This document shows, one piece after another, positions 43,284-54,102 of a stretch of 64,000 nt of DNA. Below the pieces are notes generated by a model. The model worked only from the letters and a program-made list of their open reading frames with translations. It had not been told where the DNA came from and did not search any database. The position numbers and the translations under genes are program-made. This stretch comes from Pseudomonadaceae bacterium (GTDB lineage: Bacteria; Pseudomonadota; Gammaproteobacteria; Pseudomonadales; Pseudomonadaceae): positions 1,241 to 65,240 of the forward strand of contig REBY01000044.1 in NCBI GenBank assembly GCA_007692485.1. Direction: 5' to 3'. The number at the start of each line of letters is the position of its first letter. Within the stretch, counting starts at the first letter, position 1.

Positions 43284-43308
43284 TGCAGTGGCTACTGATC
43301 GGGTCAGA

Positions 43309-45213
43309 TCAGCGACTGAGTTCAACCAAGAGTGTGTTCAAACGTCGCACATAACTGCCGGGGTCCGGCAGGGCTTCGCCCGCAGCCAACGCAGCTTGGT
43401 CAAACAAGATATGGGTCAAGTCGGCAAAACGTGCCTCATCCTGCTCCGCATCGAGCTTTTCCACCAAGGGGTGGCTCGGATTGACCTCCAGAATCGGCTT
43501 ACTATCCGGCGCCTTTTGCCCGGTAGCCTCCAGGATCTTGCGCATCTGCATGCCCATGCCGTCCTCATTGATTACCAGCACCGCCGGCGAGTCAGTCAAA
43601 CGGTGAGAGACCTTGACCTCATCGACGCCATCCTTAAGTACGTCCTGAATGCGCTTGACCAGATCTTGTTTAGCTTTGGCCGCTTCTTCCTGGGCCTGTT
43701 TGTCTTCATCGCCTTCCAGCTTGCCAAGATCCAGATCGCCACGGGCGATATCGACGAATTGCTTGTCCTTGTACTCGTTGAGATGGCTCATCAGCCATTC
43801 ATCAATCCGGTCAGTCAGCAGCAAGACCTCAATACCTTTCTTGCGGAAGATTTCCAGGTGCGGGCTGTTCTTGACCTGGCTGTAACGTTCACCGGTCAGG
43901 TAATAAATCTTGTCCTGCCCTTCTACCATGCGTTCCAGATAGGCATCCAGACCCACCACTTCGCTGTCATCGGTCTGTGCGGTTGAAGCAAAGCGCAACA
44001 GTGCCGCAATCTTCTCGCGGTTGCCGAAATCCTCCGCCGGCCCCTCTTTCAGTACACTGCCAAATTGCTTCCAGAAGGTGGCGTATTGCTCAGGCTCTTT
44101 TTTCGCCAGTTTTTCCAGCATGTCCAGCACGCGCTTGGTCAATGCCGATTTCATGCTGTCAATCGCCGGATCTTTCTGCAGGATTTCCCGCGAGACGTTG
44201 AGTGACAGGTCATTGGAGTCGACCACACCTTTGACAAAACGCAGATACAGCGGCAGGAACTGCTCGGCATCATCCATGATGAAGACCCGCTGTACATAAA
44301 GCTTCAAGCCACGCGGTGCTTCACGCTGATACAGGTCAAAAGGAGCGCGGCCGGGCACATAGAGCAGGCTGGTGTATTCCAGCTTGCCTTCAACCTTGTT
44401 GTGGCTCCAGCTCAACGGGTTCTCGAAGTCATGCGCGACGTGCTTGTAAAACTCTTGATACTCCTCGTCTTTAACTTCGGTGCGCGGGCGCGTCCACAAG
44501 GCACTGGCGCGGTTAACACTCTCCCATTCCAGCTCGGCGGGCTGATCCTTGTCCTCACCCATATGCTGCTTGGGCAGTTCGATCGGTAGCGAGATATGGT
44601 CCGAATACTTCTTGATGATATTGCGCAAACGCCAGCCGTCAGCAAATTCACTTTCGGCAGCTTTCAGATGCAACACAATACGCGTACCACGCTCCGGCTT
44701 GCTGATAGTGGCGATATTGAACTCACCCTCACCCGCAGACTCCCAGTGCACGCCTTCAGCGGCATCCACACCGGCACGGCGGGTAAAGACTTCCACCTTG
44801 TCGGCGACAATAAAGGCGCTGTAGAAACCGACGCCAAACTGACCGATCAGACTGGCATCCTTCTTCTGATCACCCGTGAGCTGCTGCATGAACGCGGCAG
44901 TGCCAGACTTGGCAATGGTGCCAAGATTTTCGATCACCTCAGCACGGGTCATACCAATACCGTTATCTTCGATGGTCAGCGTTTTGGCCGTTTCATCCGC
45001 ACTCAAACGGATGCGCAACTCCGGGTCGCTTTCGAGCAATTCGGGCTGGGCTATGGCTTCAAAACGGAGTTTGTCAGAGGCATCGGAAGCGTTGGAAATC
45101 AATTCGCGTAGAAAGATTTCCTTGTTTGAATACATCGAGTGAATCATCAGGTGCAGAAGCTGCTTAACTTCTGTCTGAAAACCCAGCGTTTCCTTTTGCG
45201 TTTCCACGGTCAT
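43309..45213 (-). CDS. htpG: molecular chaperone HtpG (Hsp90)
   Basis: [38 protein letters not shown]. The ATG at 45213 matches the usual HtpG N-terminus. Confidence 0.97.
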   Translation of the reverse strand: MTVETQKETLGFQTEVKQLLHLMIHSMYSNKEIFLRELISNASDASDKLRFEAIAQPELLESDPELRIRLSADETAKTLTIEDNGIGMTRAEVIENLGTIAKSGTAAFMQQLTGDQKKDASLIGQFGVGFYSAFIVADKVEVFTRRAGVDAAEGVHWESAGEGEFNIATISKPERGTRIVLHLKAAESEFADGWRLRNIIKKYSDHISLPIELPKQHMGEDKDQPAELEWESVNRASALWTRPRTEVKDEEYQEFYKHVAHDFENPLSWSHNKVEGKLEYTSLLYVPGRAPFDLYQREAPRGLKLYVQRVFIMDDAEQFLPLYLRFVKGVVDSNDLSLNVSREILQKDPAIDSMKSALTKRVLDMLEKLAKKEPEQYATFWKQFGSVLKEGPAEDFGNREKIAALLRFASTAQTDDSEVVGLDAYLERMVEGQDKIYYLTGERYSQVKNSPHLEIFRKKGIEVLLLTDRIDEWLMSHLNEYKDKQFVDIARGDLDLGKLEGDEDKQAQEEAAKAKQDLVKRIQDVLKDGVDEVKVSHRLTDSPAVLVINEDGMGMQMRKILEATGQKAPDSKPILEVNPSHPLVEKLDAEQDEARFADLTHILFDQAALAAGEALPDPGSYVRRLNTLLVELSR

Positions 45214-45302
45214 GGCGTCAGTGTCTCCATCAGTCCCAAGGGCCGCCTTTGCGGCGTTGCTATCCGGCAAGCCTTGGTGAGCAAGGCTGCATGCTTGGGT
45301 GA

Positions 45303-45331
45303 TAAATGGGGACAGTCGGCGTTATTTCAAG
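45303..45331 (-). promoter_or_regulatory. sigma32 heat-shock promoter of htpG
   Basis: The minus strand CTTGAAA-N13-CCCCATTTA is a near-perfect match to the RpoH consensus. The -35 element overlaps the stop codon of the upstream ORF. Confidence 0.8.
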
Positions 45332-46305
45332 GGGCGTGCTTCAATGCTGCGTACTTCCAGTGGATTAAAGTGCAGCTCGACCTGGTTGGCACCGTGATAC
45401 TGCAACAAGACCAGACGCTGACTATCACTGATGCGCTGCAAGCGCCCCTGGTGAGTACGCCCAGACCAGGTATCCAAGCGAACTTCCTGGCCCAGGTAGT
45501 CTGCTGGCCGCTCGACCAACGCCATCACACTGAGCAACTGCCAGTCATTTGCCGGGGCGGCGGGGGCCGCTGGCTCAAGCGGAGCAACATCCAGGCTCTC
45601 AGGCGCAGCAACCGAAGGCGCTGAGGTGGCTTGCAACCATTCCGGCGACTGTTCAAGTGTCACGCTGCCACGCACCGAGGTCTGATAAGTGGCCGGCAAG
45701 CGTAAGTCCAGGTTCAAGCGCTGGTGATTGCGGCCTTCCGGCGTGATAATCAGGGTAAAAGGATCACTAACCTGGCGCCAGCCCGGCGCTGACAAGGCCC
45801 CGTCATGCCACTGCATGACGATTTCGGGCCAGGGGCCGTCATCACCGGGCAACCATTGCAGCCCGGCCTCTGGCAGCTGTTCAAGCGTGCTGAAACGCAG
45901 CCGTAACGAGCGCCGCAGGCGATGCGCATCACGCTCCTCCAGCACCAAGTCCTGGCCGGCCCAGAACACTTGGGTCGGCCGAAAAGCCTGCCCCATCAGA
46001 TGCCCGTGCAGGGCTGTATCACTACCATCATCAGCCGTGTGCCAATGGCCACTGATCAGCGCATCAAATCGCTCCGGCTGCTGTTCTTGCAACCACCACA
46101 GGCCACCCACCAGCAGCATGATACCCGCCAGCAACAGCACCCTGGGCCAGAGGGCGAAGCCCCGGCCACGCACCAATAAGAGTAGCGGCGCGGCTAACAA
46201 TGCAGCAAAGAAATGCCCCAGTGACTGACGCCAGGCAGTCACTGCCAAGCAGAGCCAGCCGCACACCAGCAACAGCATACCGAAGACAATCAGCAGAGCA
46301 TCCAT
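45322..46305 (-). CDS. hypothetical membrane-anchored protein
   Basis: 327 aa ORF with three N-terminal hydrophobic helices and then a soluble domain. I recognise no motif. Codon bias looks consistent with neighbours. Confidence 0.6.
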   Translation of the reverse strand: MDALLIVFGMLLLVCGWLCLAVTAWRQSLGHFFAALLAAPLLLLVRGRGFALWPRVLLLAGIMLLVGGLWWLQEQQPERFDALISGHWHTADDGSDTALHGHLMGQAFRPTQVFWAGQDLVLEERDAHRLRRSLRLRFSTLEQLPEAGLQWLPGDDGPWPEIVMQWHDGALSAPGWRQVSDPFTLIITPEGRNHQRLNLDLRLPATYQTSVRGSVTLEQSPEWLQATSAPSVAAPESLDVAPLEPAAPAAPANDWQLLSVMALVERPADYLGQEVRLDTWSGRTHQGRLQRISDSQRLVLLQYHGANQVELHFNPLEVRSIEARPLK

Positions 46306-46323
46306 CTCGGCCGCGACTCCTGT

Positions 46324-46764
46324 TCAGTCGAGCTTGAAGTGAGCCCGTGCAGTCGCGATCGGTTCTTCCGAACGCGTTTGCCAGGCCGTTACTGCCACAT
46401 TACCCACTCGCCGACCCTGACGCCAGACCTGACAGGTCGCATAGGTATCCCGATCAAGGCCGGCACGCAGATAATCGATAGAAAAATCAATAATTTTGGG
46501 GAAATTCTGACTGCCCATAAAGACCATCAGGTGTAGCCAGGCGGCCTGCTCCATAAAACCGGCAATCACGCCACCATGAATCGCCGGCAGTACCGGATTA
46601 CCGATATTCTCGGGCGCCGTGGGCAGGTGGAATACGACCTCTTCACCCAGGCGCATCACCTTGATACCAATGGTGCGTGCATAGGGAATCAGCTCGATCA
46701 CTGGCGCATAGTTACCACTGGCATGCGCTTCACGCAGCAACTGCTCGATCTGCTCAGTACTCAT
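46324..46764 (-). CDS. PaaI-family hotdog-fold thioesterase
   Basis: HGGVIAGFMEQAA motif, 146 aa. Confidence 0.85.
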   Translation of the reverse strand: MSTEQIEQLLREAHASGNYAPVIELIPYARTIGIKVMRLGEEVVFHLPTAPENIGNPVLPAIHGGVIAGFMEQAAWLHLMVFMGSQNFPKIIDFSIDYLRAGLDRDTYATCQVWRQGRRVGNVAVTAWQTRSEEPIATARAHFKLD

Positions 46765-47225
46765 GCGGCACCTCCGGCCGGCTTGGTACTGACGGGAATG
46801 CCCCCGGACTTGCCCAAACGCATGAAGGCACCAACCACATGGGCAATCGGCTCGTCACGACTGTCCTGATAAGCCACACCACGAGTAAAAATGACCGCCG
46901 CAGTCAAGCGATAACACTCGGCAAAACCATAAATCGGCTTGTGGGGTTCAGCCGGGTGCATGTAATCAATGCGTAAATCGAGCGTTGGGCAAATCTCAAA
47001 ATCCGGTAGATAGCATACGGTTGAAATACCGCAACAGGTATCCATCAAGGTAGTAATAGCCCCACCGTGCACCACGCCAGTAAAAGGGTTACCTACGATG
47101 GCATCCGAATAGGGTAGCTTGAGGATCAATCCCTGCTCATCCGCCTGCTCAACCGACATGCCCAACTCCTGGCAATGGCGCAGAATGGATAAAAAATTGT
47201 TCGCTCGTTCAACGATAGCGCTCAT
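46761..47225 (-). CDS. PaaI-family hotdog-fold thioesterase (paralogue)
   Basis: VHGGAITTLMDTCCG motif. ATG at 47225. Its stop overlaps the next start by 4 nt. Confidence 0.85.
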   Translation of the reverse strand: MSAIVERANNFLSILRHCQELGMSVEQADEQGLILKLPYSDAIVGNPFTGVVHGGAITTLMDTCCGISTVCYLPDFEICPTLDLRIDYMHPAEPHKPIYGFAECYRLTAAVIFTRGVAYQDSRDEPIAHVVGAFMRLGKSGGIPVSTKPAGGAA

Positions 47226-47374
47226 GTACAACACCCAAAAATGAACCGATAAGCCGCATATGTTACCTTGTCTGCGAGCATTCGGGTTTGCTTTTGTGGG
47301 CGCTCGGGCTCTATTCTTGTCTCGGGCTCCAGGACTGACAGAGCCCTTCTTTACGCACAACCAAGGAGTCCTTA

Positions 47375-47707
47375 ATGAAAAAGTTTGTTGCTACTACTGC
47401 ACTACTGGCGAGTCTTGGTTTACTGGCTGCGTGCTCCAGTGATCCGGAACCGGAAGACCATATGGAATCTGCTGCCGACTCCATGTCTGATGCGGCTGAA
47501 AGTGTTGGTGATGCCGCATCCGATACGGCTGATGCAGCTGAACAGAGCGCCCGCGAGGCAACCGGCAACGAGCGCACTACCGGTGACCGCATAGAAGAAG
47601 GTGCCGAATCGGCCGGTGAAAGCATGGGCGACGCCTATGACAGCACCACCGACTATATGGATGAGCAGGCCGAACGCGCCCGCGATGCCATGTCTGACGA
47701 CGAGTAA
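47375..47707 (+). CDS. small, highly acidic lipoprotein of unknown function
   Basis: AAGGAG lies before the ATG. Lipobox LLAAC. The mature part is Asp/Glu/Ala/Ser-rich with reiterated xSxxDxxxDAAE-like segments. Confidence 0.65.
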   Translation: MKKFVATTALLASLGLLAACSSDPEPEDHMESAADSMSDAAESVGDAASDTADAAEQSAREATGNERTTGDRIEEGAESAGESMGDAYDSTTDYMDEQAERARDAMSDDE

Positions 47708-47716
47708 AACAGTATC

Positions 47717-47745
47717 GCCTGGCCGAGGCTAATCCTCGGCCAGGC
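47717..47745. terminator. perfect 12-bp hairpin between convergent genes (no clear U-tract)
   Basis: GCCTGGCCGAGG-ctaat-CCTCGGCCAGGC. Confidence 0.5.
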
Positions 47746-47750
47746 AACTG

Positions 47751-48146
47751 TTAACTCAATAGCGGACTCAATAGCAGCAACACCGAACTGATAAAACCTA
47801 CCCCCCAAACGACACTGCGCATCAGGTGTACATCCTTGATATAGAGCACCGTGTAGCCGATTCTGGCGAGAATGAACAACACCGCCAGAAGGTTAATCAA
47901 CGCACCCGTACTGCCCGTTACTTGGGCAACCAGGACGCCTGCAGCAAAGACAGGGAAGGCCTCGAAGTGATTGGCATGCGCAGCCATGGCACGCGCGCCC
48001 CATCCCGACAGCGCCGCTTGTTGCGCGCGCGGATGGCGATTGTCATAGCCCTTTTTGCCCTCGCGGGCCATGGCAACGGCCACTGGAGCTTTGGTTGCCA
48101 CCAGTAATAAAGCAGCAATAAACAGACACCACAGAGGCAAGCTCAT
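47751..48146 (-). CDS. MAPEG-family membrane protein
   Basis: 131 aa, 4 TM, with YDNRHPR ... HANHFEAFPVFAA. Confidence 0.85.
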   Translation of the reverse strand: MSLPLWCLFIAALLLVATKAPVAVAMAREGKKGYDNRHPRAQQAALSGWGARAMAAHANHFEAFPVFAAGVLVAQVTGSTGALINLLAVLFILARIGYTVLYIKDVHLMRSVVWGVGFISSVLLLLSPLLS

Positions 48147-48895
48147 CAGACAGACTCCTTGTTATTGTTATCAGCCTGCGGGGTCGGCGTATAGAGCATT
48201 GCCCGCAGCACATCAGAATGAAATTCACGCCGGTAGAGTACACCCACCACCCCGGTGGTAACCAGTATGAATATCCATGGGTTGATAAACCAGCTTAACG
48301 TTGCCAGCGCAAAGTAGAAGGCACGCAAGCCCAAATTGAACTCATGCGCCGCCATCGACAGCACGCGCGCACCGCGCTCAGCGTATGCCCTGCGTTCAGC
48401 CTCGCTGACACTCTTCTCCCCGACAATAGGGGCCGAACCCACCAGCACCGAGGCAAAGTTGTACTGGCGCATGCCCCAGGAAAAAGTGAAAAAGGCATAC
48501 ACGAAAATACCCACAAGAACCAATAGCTTGAGCTCGGACACTTCGCGGCTGACACTGGCCACAAAGGGCAAGCCCTGCAGCAAACTCTGGGCGCGCTCGC
48601 CGGCACCCAGCACAGCCAGCAACCCCGCCAGAATCAGCAGGGTGCTAGAGGCAAAAAAAGCAGTATTGCGTTCCAGGTTACCCACTACGCTAGCATCGGC
48701 AATACGCTGATCACGCAGCAGCAGTCGGTTCATCCAGTCCAACCGGTACAAGTGCAGTATGCTAGCCAGGCAAGCGGTATTTTTTGCTTTGCGGTCGGCG
48801 TAGTGGGTGTAGCCTACCCAACAAACCACCAGCCAGACAAAGGCCAGCAGGTTCAACCAGATATCGTCCGCAGCAGGTATCGCAGGTAGGTACAA
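48146..48895 (-). CDS. DUF599-family membrane protein
   Basis: 249 aa with a hydrophobic pattern and the YRLDWMNRLLLRDQRIAD segment typical of DUF599. Its stop overlaps the MAPEG start. Confidence 0.75.
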   Translation of the reverse strand: MYLPAIPAADDIWLNLLAFVWLVVCWVGYTHYADRKAKNTACLASILHLYRLDWMNRLLLRDQRIADASVVGNLERNTAFFASSTLLILAGLLAVLGAGERAQSLLQGLPFVASVSREVSELKLLVLVGIFVYAFFTFSWGMRQYNFASVLVGSAPIVGEKSVSEAERRAYAERGARVLSMAAHEFNLGLRAFYFALATLSWFINPWIFILVTTGVVGVLYRREFHSDVLRAMLYTPTPQADNNNKESV

Positions 48896-49032
48896 AGTCT
48901 TTCAGCTCCTTTTCTCGCTCACTCAGCAGGTTACGATCAAACCTGCAGACTGTCCTTACTTTAGCATCAAAAGTTATTCTTCGGTGCGGGCTAATAGCCA
49001 TAAAACCAAGCTTGCCAACTGACAACAAGCAT

Positions 49033-49063
49033 AAAAAAACCGCGGCTTGAGCCGCGGTTTTTT
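49033..49063. terminator. bidirectional terminator after sucD
   Basis: AAAAAAA-CCGCGGC-ttga-GCCGCGG-TTTTTT. Confidence 0.85.
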
Positions 49064-49078
49064 AACTGCCGGGAAGTG

Positions 49079-49963
49079 TTACTGCTTGATTTCCCAACCG
49101 GTCAGCTCAGCCAGAGCGTTGCCAATTTCAGCCAGCGAACGCACGGTTTTCACACCCGCGTCTTCCAAGGCAGCAAACTTCTCATCAGCCGTACCTTTAC
49201 CACCGGAAATGATGGCGCCGGCATGGCCCATACGCTTGCCTGGAGGTGCAGTGACGCCCGCAATGTAGGACACCACCGGCTTGGTCACGTTAGCCTTGAT
49301 ATAGGCTGCGGCTTCTTCTTCAGCACTGCCGCCGATTTCACCGATCATAACGATAGCTTCGGTAGCCGGATCTTTCTCGAACAGCTCCAGAATGTCGATA
49401 AAGTTGGAACCCGGAATCGGATCACCGCCAATACCCACACAGGTAGACTGACCGAAGCCAGAATCCGTAGTCTGCTTCACCGCTTCATAGGTCAGAGTAC
49501 CTGAGCGCGACACAATACCGACCTTGCCAGGCAGGTGAATGTGACCGGGCATGATGCCGATCTTGCATTCGCCAGGGGTAATAACACCCGGACAGTTAGG
49601 CCCGATCAGGCGCACGCCCAATTCGTCACACTTGACCTTGGCATCCAGCATATCCAGCGTCGGGATACCTTCGGTGATGCACACGATCAGCTTGATGCCG
49701 CTGTTGGCTGCTTCCAGGATCGAATCCTTGCAGAAAGGTGCCGGCACATAGATCACGCTGGCTTCTGCGCCGGTTTCAGCAACGGCTTCAGCAACCGTGT
49801 TGAACACTGGCAAACCAAGGTGAGTAGTACCACCCTTGCCTGGCGTTACACCACCAACCATTTTGGTACCGTAGGCAATCGCTTGCTCGGAGTGAAAAGT
49901 GCCCTGGGAACCGGTAAAGCCCTGGCAGATGACTTTGGTGTCTTTATTGATCAGGATGCTCAT
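49079..49963 (-). CDS. sucD: succinate--CoA ligase subunit alpha
   Basis: [15 protein letters not shown] and the phospho-His region MGHAGAI. Confidence 0.98.
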   Translation of the reverse strand: MSILINKDTKVICQGFTGSQGTFHSEQAIAYGTKMVGGVTPGKGGTTHLGLPVFNTVAEAVAETGAEASVIYVPAPFCKDSILEAANSGIKLIVCITEGIPTLDMLDAKVKCDELGVRLIGPNCPGVITPGECKIGIMPGHIHLPGKVGIVSRSGTLTYEAVKQTTDSGFGQSTCVGIGGDPIPGSNFIDILELFEKDPATEAIVMIGEIGGSAEEEAAAYIKANVTKPVVSYIAGVTAPPGKRMGHAGAIISGGKGTADEKFAALEDAGVKTVRSLAEIGNALAELTGWEIKQ

Positions 49964-51129
49964 TATTTACCCTCCGCGGCCTTGACGACTTGCTGGGCAG
50001 CGTCGGTCAGACTGGTTGCAGCAATGATGTTGAGGCCACTATCGGCCAGAACCTGGGCGCCAACATCGGCGTTGTTACCTTCGAGGCGAACCACAACAGG
50101 CACTTTCACGCCGACTTCCTTGACCGCGCCAATGATGCCTTCGGCAATCATGTCGCAGCGCACGATGCCGCCGAAGATGTTGACCAGTACCGCTTTGACA
50201 TTGCTGTCGGACAAGATGATCTTGAACGCCTCGGTCACACGCTCCTTGGTCGCGCCACCGCCCACATCGAGGAAGTTGGCGGGCTTGCCACCGTGCAGGT
50301 TAACAATATCCATGGTCCCCATGGCCAGACCGGCACCGTTAACCATGCAGCCAATGTTGCCTTCCAGTGCCACGTAGTTCAGCTCGAACTGGGCCGCATG
50401 GGCTTCACGCGGATCATCCTGTGACGGATCGTGCATGGCGCGCAGCTTGGGCTGGCGGTACATAGCGTTACTGTCGATATTGATCTTGGCATCCAGGCAG
50501 TGCAGATCGCCGTCATCCTTGACCACCAGTGGATTGATTTCCAGCAGGGCCAGATCATAGTCGGCAAACAGCTTGCCGAGGCCAACAAAGATGTTGGTGA
50601 ACTGCTTGATCTGGTTACCCTTCAGGCCGAGCTGGAACGCCAACTCGCGGCCCTGGTAAGGCATGGGGCCAACCAGTGGATCAACGGTAGCCTTGAGGAT
50701 CTTTTCCGGTGTTTCTTCGGCAACCTTCTCGATTTCCACGCCACCTTCGGTGGACGCCATGAACACGATACGGCGGGTCGAGCGATCAACCACTGCACCC
50801 AGGTACAGCTCCTGGGCGATGTCAGTGCATGATTCCACCAGGATCTTGCTCACTGGCTGGCCATTGGCGTCTGTTTGGTAGGTCACCAAACGCTCACCCA
50901 GCCACTTCTCGGCGAAGGCTTTGGCGTCGTCTTTGCTCTTGATCAGCTTGACACCACCGGCTTTACCGCGACCACCGGCGTGAACCTGGGCCTTGACCAC
51001 CCACATGTCACCGCCAATCTTGTCGCATGCTTCTGCTGCTGCTTCGGGAGTATCAACAGCGAAGCCCTTGGAGACGGGAAGGCCATACTCGGCGAAGAGT
51101 TGTTTCCCCTGATATTCGTGAAGATTCAT
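49963..51129 (-). CDS. sucC: succinate--CoA ligase subunit beta
   Basis: [20 protein letters not shown]-terminus. Confidence 0.98.
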   Translation of the reverse strand: MNLHEYQGKQLFAEYGLPVSKGFAVDTPEAAAEACDKIGGDMWVVKAQVHAGGRGKAGGVKLIKSKDDAKAFAEKWLGERLVTYQTDANGQPVSKILVESCTDIAQELYLGAVVDRSTRRIVFMASTEGGVEIEKVAEETPEKILKATVDPLVGPMPYQGRELAFQLGLKGNQIKQFTNIFVGLGKLFADYDLALLEINPLVVKDDGDLHCLDAKINIDSNAMYRQPKLRAMHDPSQDDPREAHAAQFELNYVALEGNIGCMVNGAGLAMGTMDIVNLHGGKPANFLDVGGGATKERVTEAFKIILSDSNVKAVLVNIFGGIVRCDMIAEGIIGAVKEVGVKVPVVVRLEGNNADVGAQVLADSGLNIIAATSLTDAAQQVVKAAEGK

Positions 51130-51300
51130 GCTTGTCTACCGTTTTGATCGTGTAGGAATTGCGTTATCGGCTACAGCAAACCACCCTGCAACCGGCCTGG
51201 ATCCTGTTGAGGAACCTGCCGACCGGAGCCGGCGTACCATCATGAGGCCAACCGAAACCGGCGAATCAGACTGCGACTCGCCGGTCAAACGGGCGCTAGT

Positions 51301-52749
<1,449 letters not shown>

Positions 52750-52812
52750 CTATATGCAGCAGGCGCTCAGGGCCACCCGCAAGTGACCCGACGCGCGCAT
52801 AAATGTTGCTGA

Positions 52813-54063
52813 TCAGACTTCGAGCAGCAGACGTGCAGGATCTTCCAGCAGGTCTTTGATCACCACCAGGAAGCTGACCGCCTCCTTGCCGTCTATCAAA
52901 CGGTGATCATAGGACAGCGCCAGATACATCATCGGCAGGATAACCACTTCGCCGTTGACCGCCATCGGGCGCTCCTGGATCTTATGCATGCCCAGAATGG
53001 CCGTTTGCGGCGGATTGACGATGGGTGAAGAGAGCAGCGAACCAAAAACACCACCATTGGAAATGGTAAAGGTGCCACCGGTCATTTCTTCTATCGACAG
53101 CTTGCCATCACGCGCCTTGCGACCGTAATCGGCAACACCACCCTCGATCTGCGCCAAGCTCATGAACTCGGCATTGCGCAGTACCGGGACCACCAGGCCG
53201 CGAGGGCTGGACACGGCAACGCCAATATCCATATAGCCGTGGTAGACGATGTCGCTGCCATCAATCGAGGCATTGACGCCGGGGAATCGTTTGAGCGCTT
53301 CGGTCACCGCCTTGACGAAGAAGGACATGAAGCCCAGACGCACGCCGTCATGCTTCTTCTCGAACAACTCTTTGTATTTGCCACGCAGATCCATGATCGG
53401 TTTCATGTTGACTTCGTTATAGGTCGTCAACATGGCCATCGAAGACTGTGCTTCGACCAGACGCTGGGCAACCCGTGCCCGCAAGCGGGTCATGGGTACA
53501 CGTTTTTCCTGGCGGTCGCCCTCACCCAACTGCACGGATTCTGCCTGCGCCGGTTTGGCTGCAGCTTTATCTTCGGCCTTGGGTGCGTTCTTCTTCGCTT
53601 CAATAGCGTTGACCACATCTTCCTTGGTCACCCGACCATCTTTACCCGTACCGGTGATACTGGTCGGTGCAATGCTGTTCTCTTCCGCGAGCTTACGCGC
53701 GGCAGGAGAGAGCAAAGGTTCTTCGGCGTCGTCACCGGCGGCGTCCTGTTCGGTTTTGGCAGCCGGGGCCGCCTCTTCCTTGGCTGACTCCTTGGCCGGC
53801 TTGTCACCACCAGCGGCAGCTTTTTCACCGTCTTTCAGGGTGCCGAGGACTTCACCGCTGAGCACAGTGTCGCCTTCATTCTTGATGATATCGCCCATAA
53901 CGCCATCGGCTTCGGCGAGAACTTCCATCACTACCTTGTCGGTTTCGATGTCTACGATGAGTTCGTCGCGCTTGACCGCGTCACCCGGCTGCTTGTGCCA
54001 GGTTGCCACAGTACCGTCAGCAATGGACTCAGGGAATGTCGGGGCTTTTAGTTCAATAGCCAT
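52813..54063 (-). CDS. sucB: 2-oxoglutarate dehydrogenase E2 dihydrolipoyllysine-succinyltransferase
   Basis: Lipoyl domain [10 protein letters not shown] and catalytic DHRLIDG. Confidence 0.97.
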   Translation of the reverse strand: MAIELKAPTFPESIADGTVATWHKQPGDAVKRDELIVDIETDKVVMEVLAEADGVMGDIIKNEGDTVLSGEVLGTLKDGEKAAAGGDKPAKESAKEEAAPAAKTEQDAAGDDAEEPLLSPAARKLAEENSIAPTSITGTGKDGRVTKEDVVNAIEAKKNAPKAEDKAAAKPAQAESVQLGEGDRQEKRVPMTRLRARVAQRLVEAQSSMAMLTTYNEVNMKPIMDLRGKYKELFEKKHDGVRLGFMSFFVKAVTEALKRFPGVNASIDGSDIVYHGYMDIGVAVSSPRGLVVPVLRNAEFMSLAQIEGGVADYGRKARDGKLSIEEMTGGTFTISNGGVFGSLLSSPIVNPPQTAILGMHKIQERPMAVNGEVVILPMMYLALSYDHRLIDGKEAVSFLVVIKDLLEDPARLLLEV

Positions 54064-54102
54064 TGTTGATCCTTATCGATTCGTCTTGTCGTCTGCCGGT
54101 AT

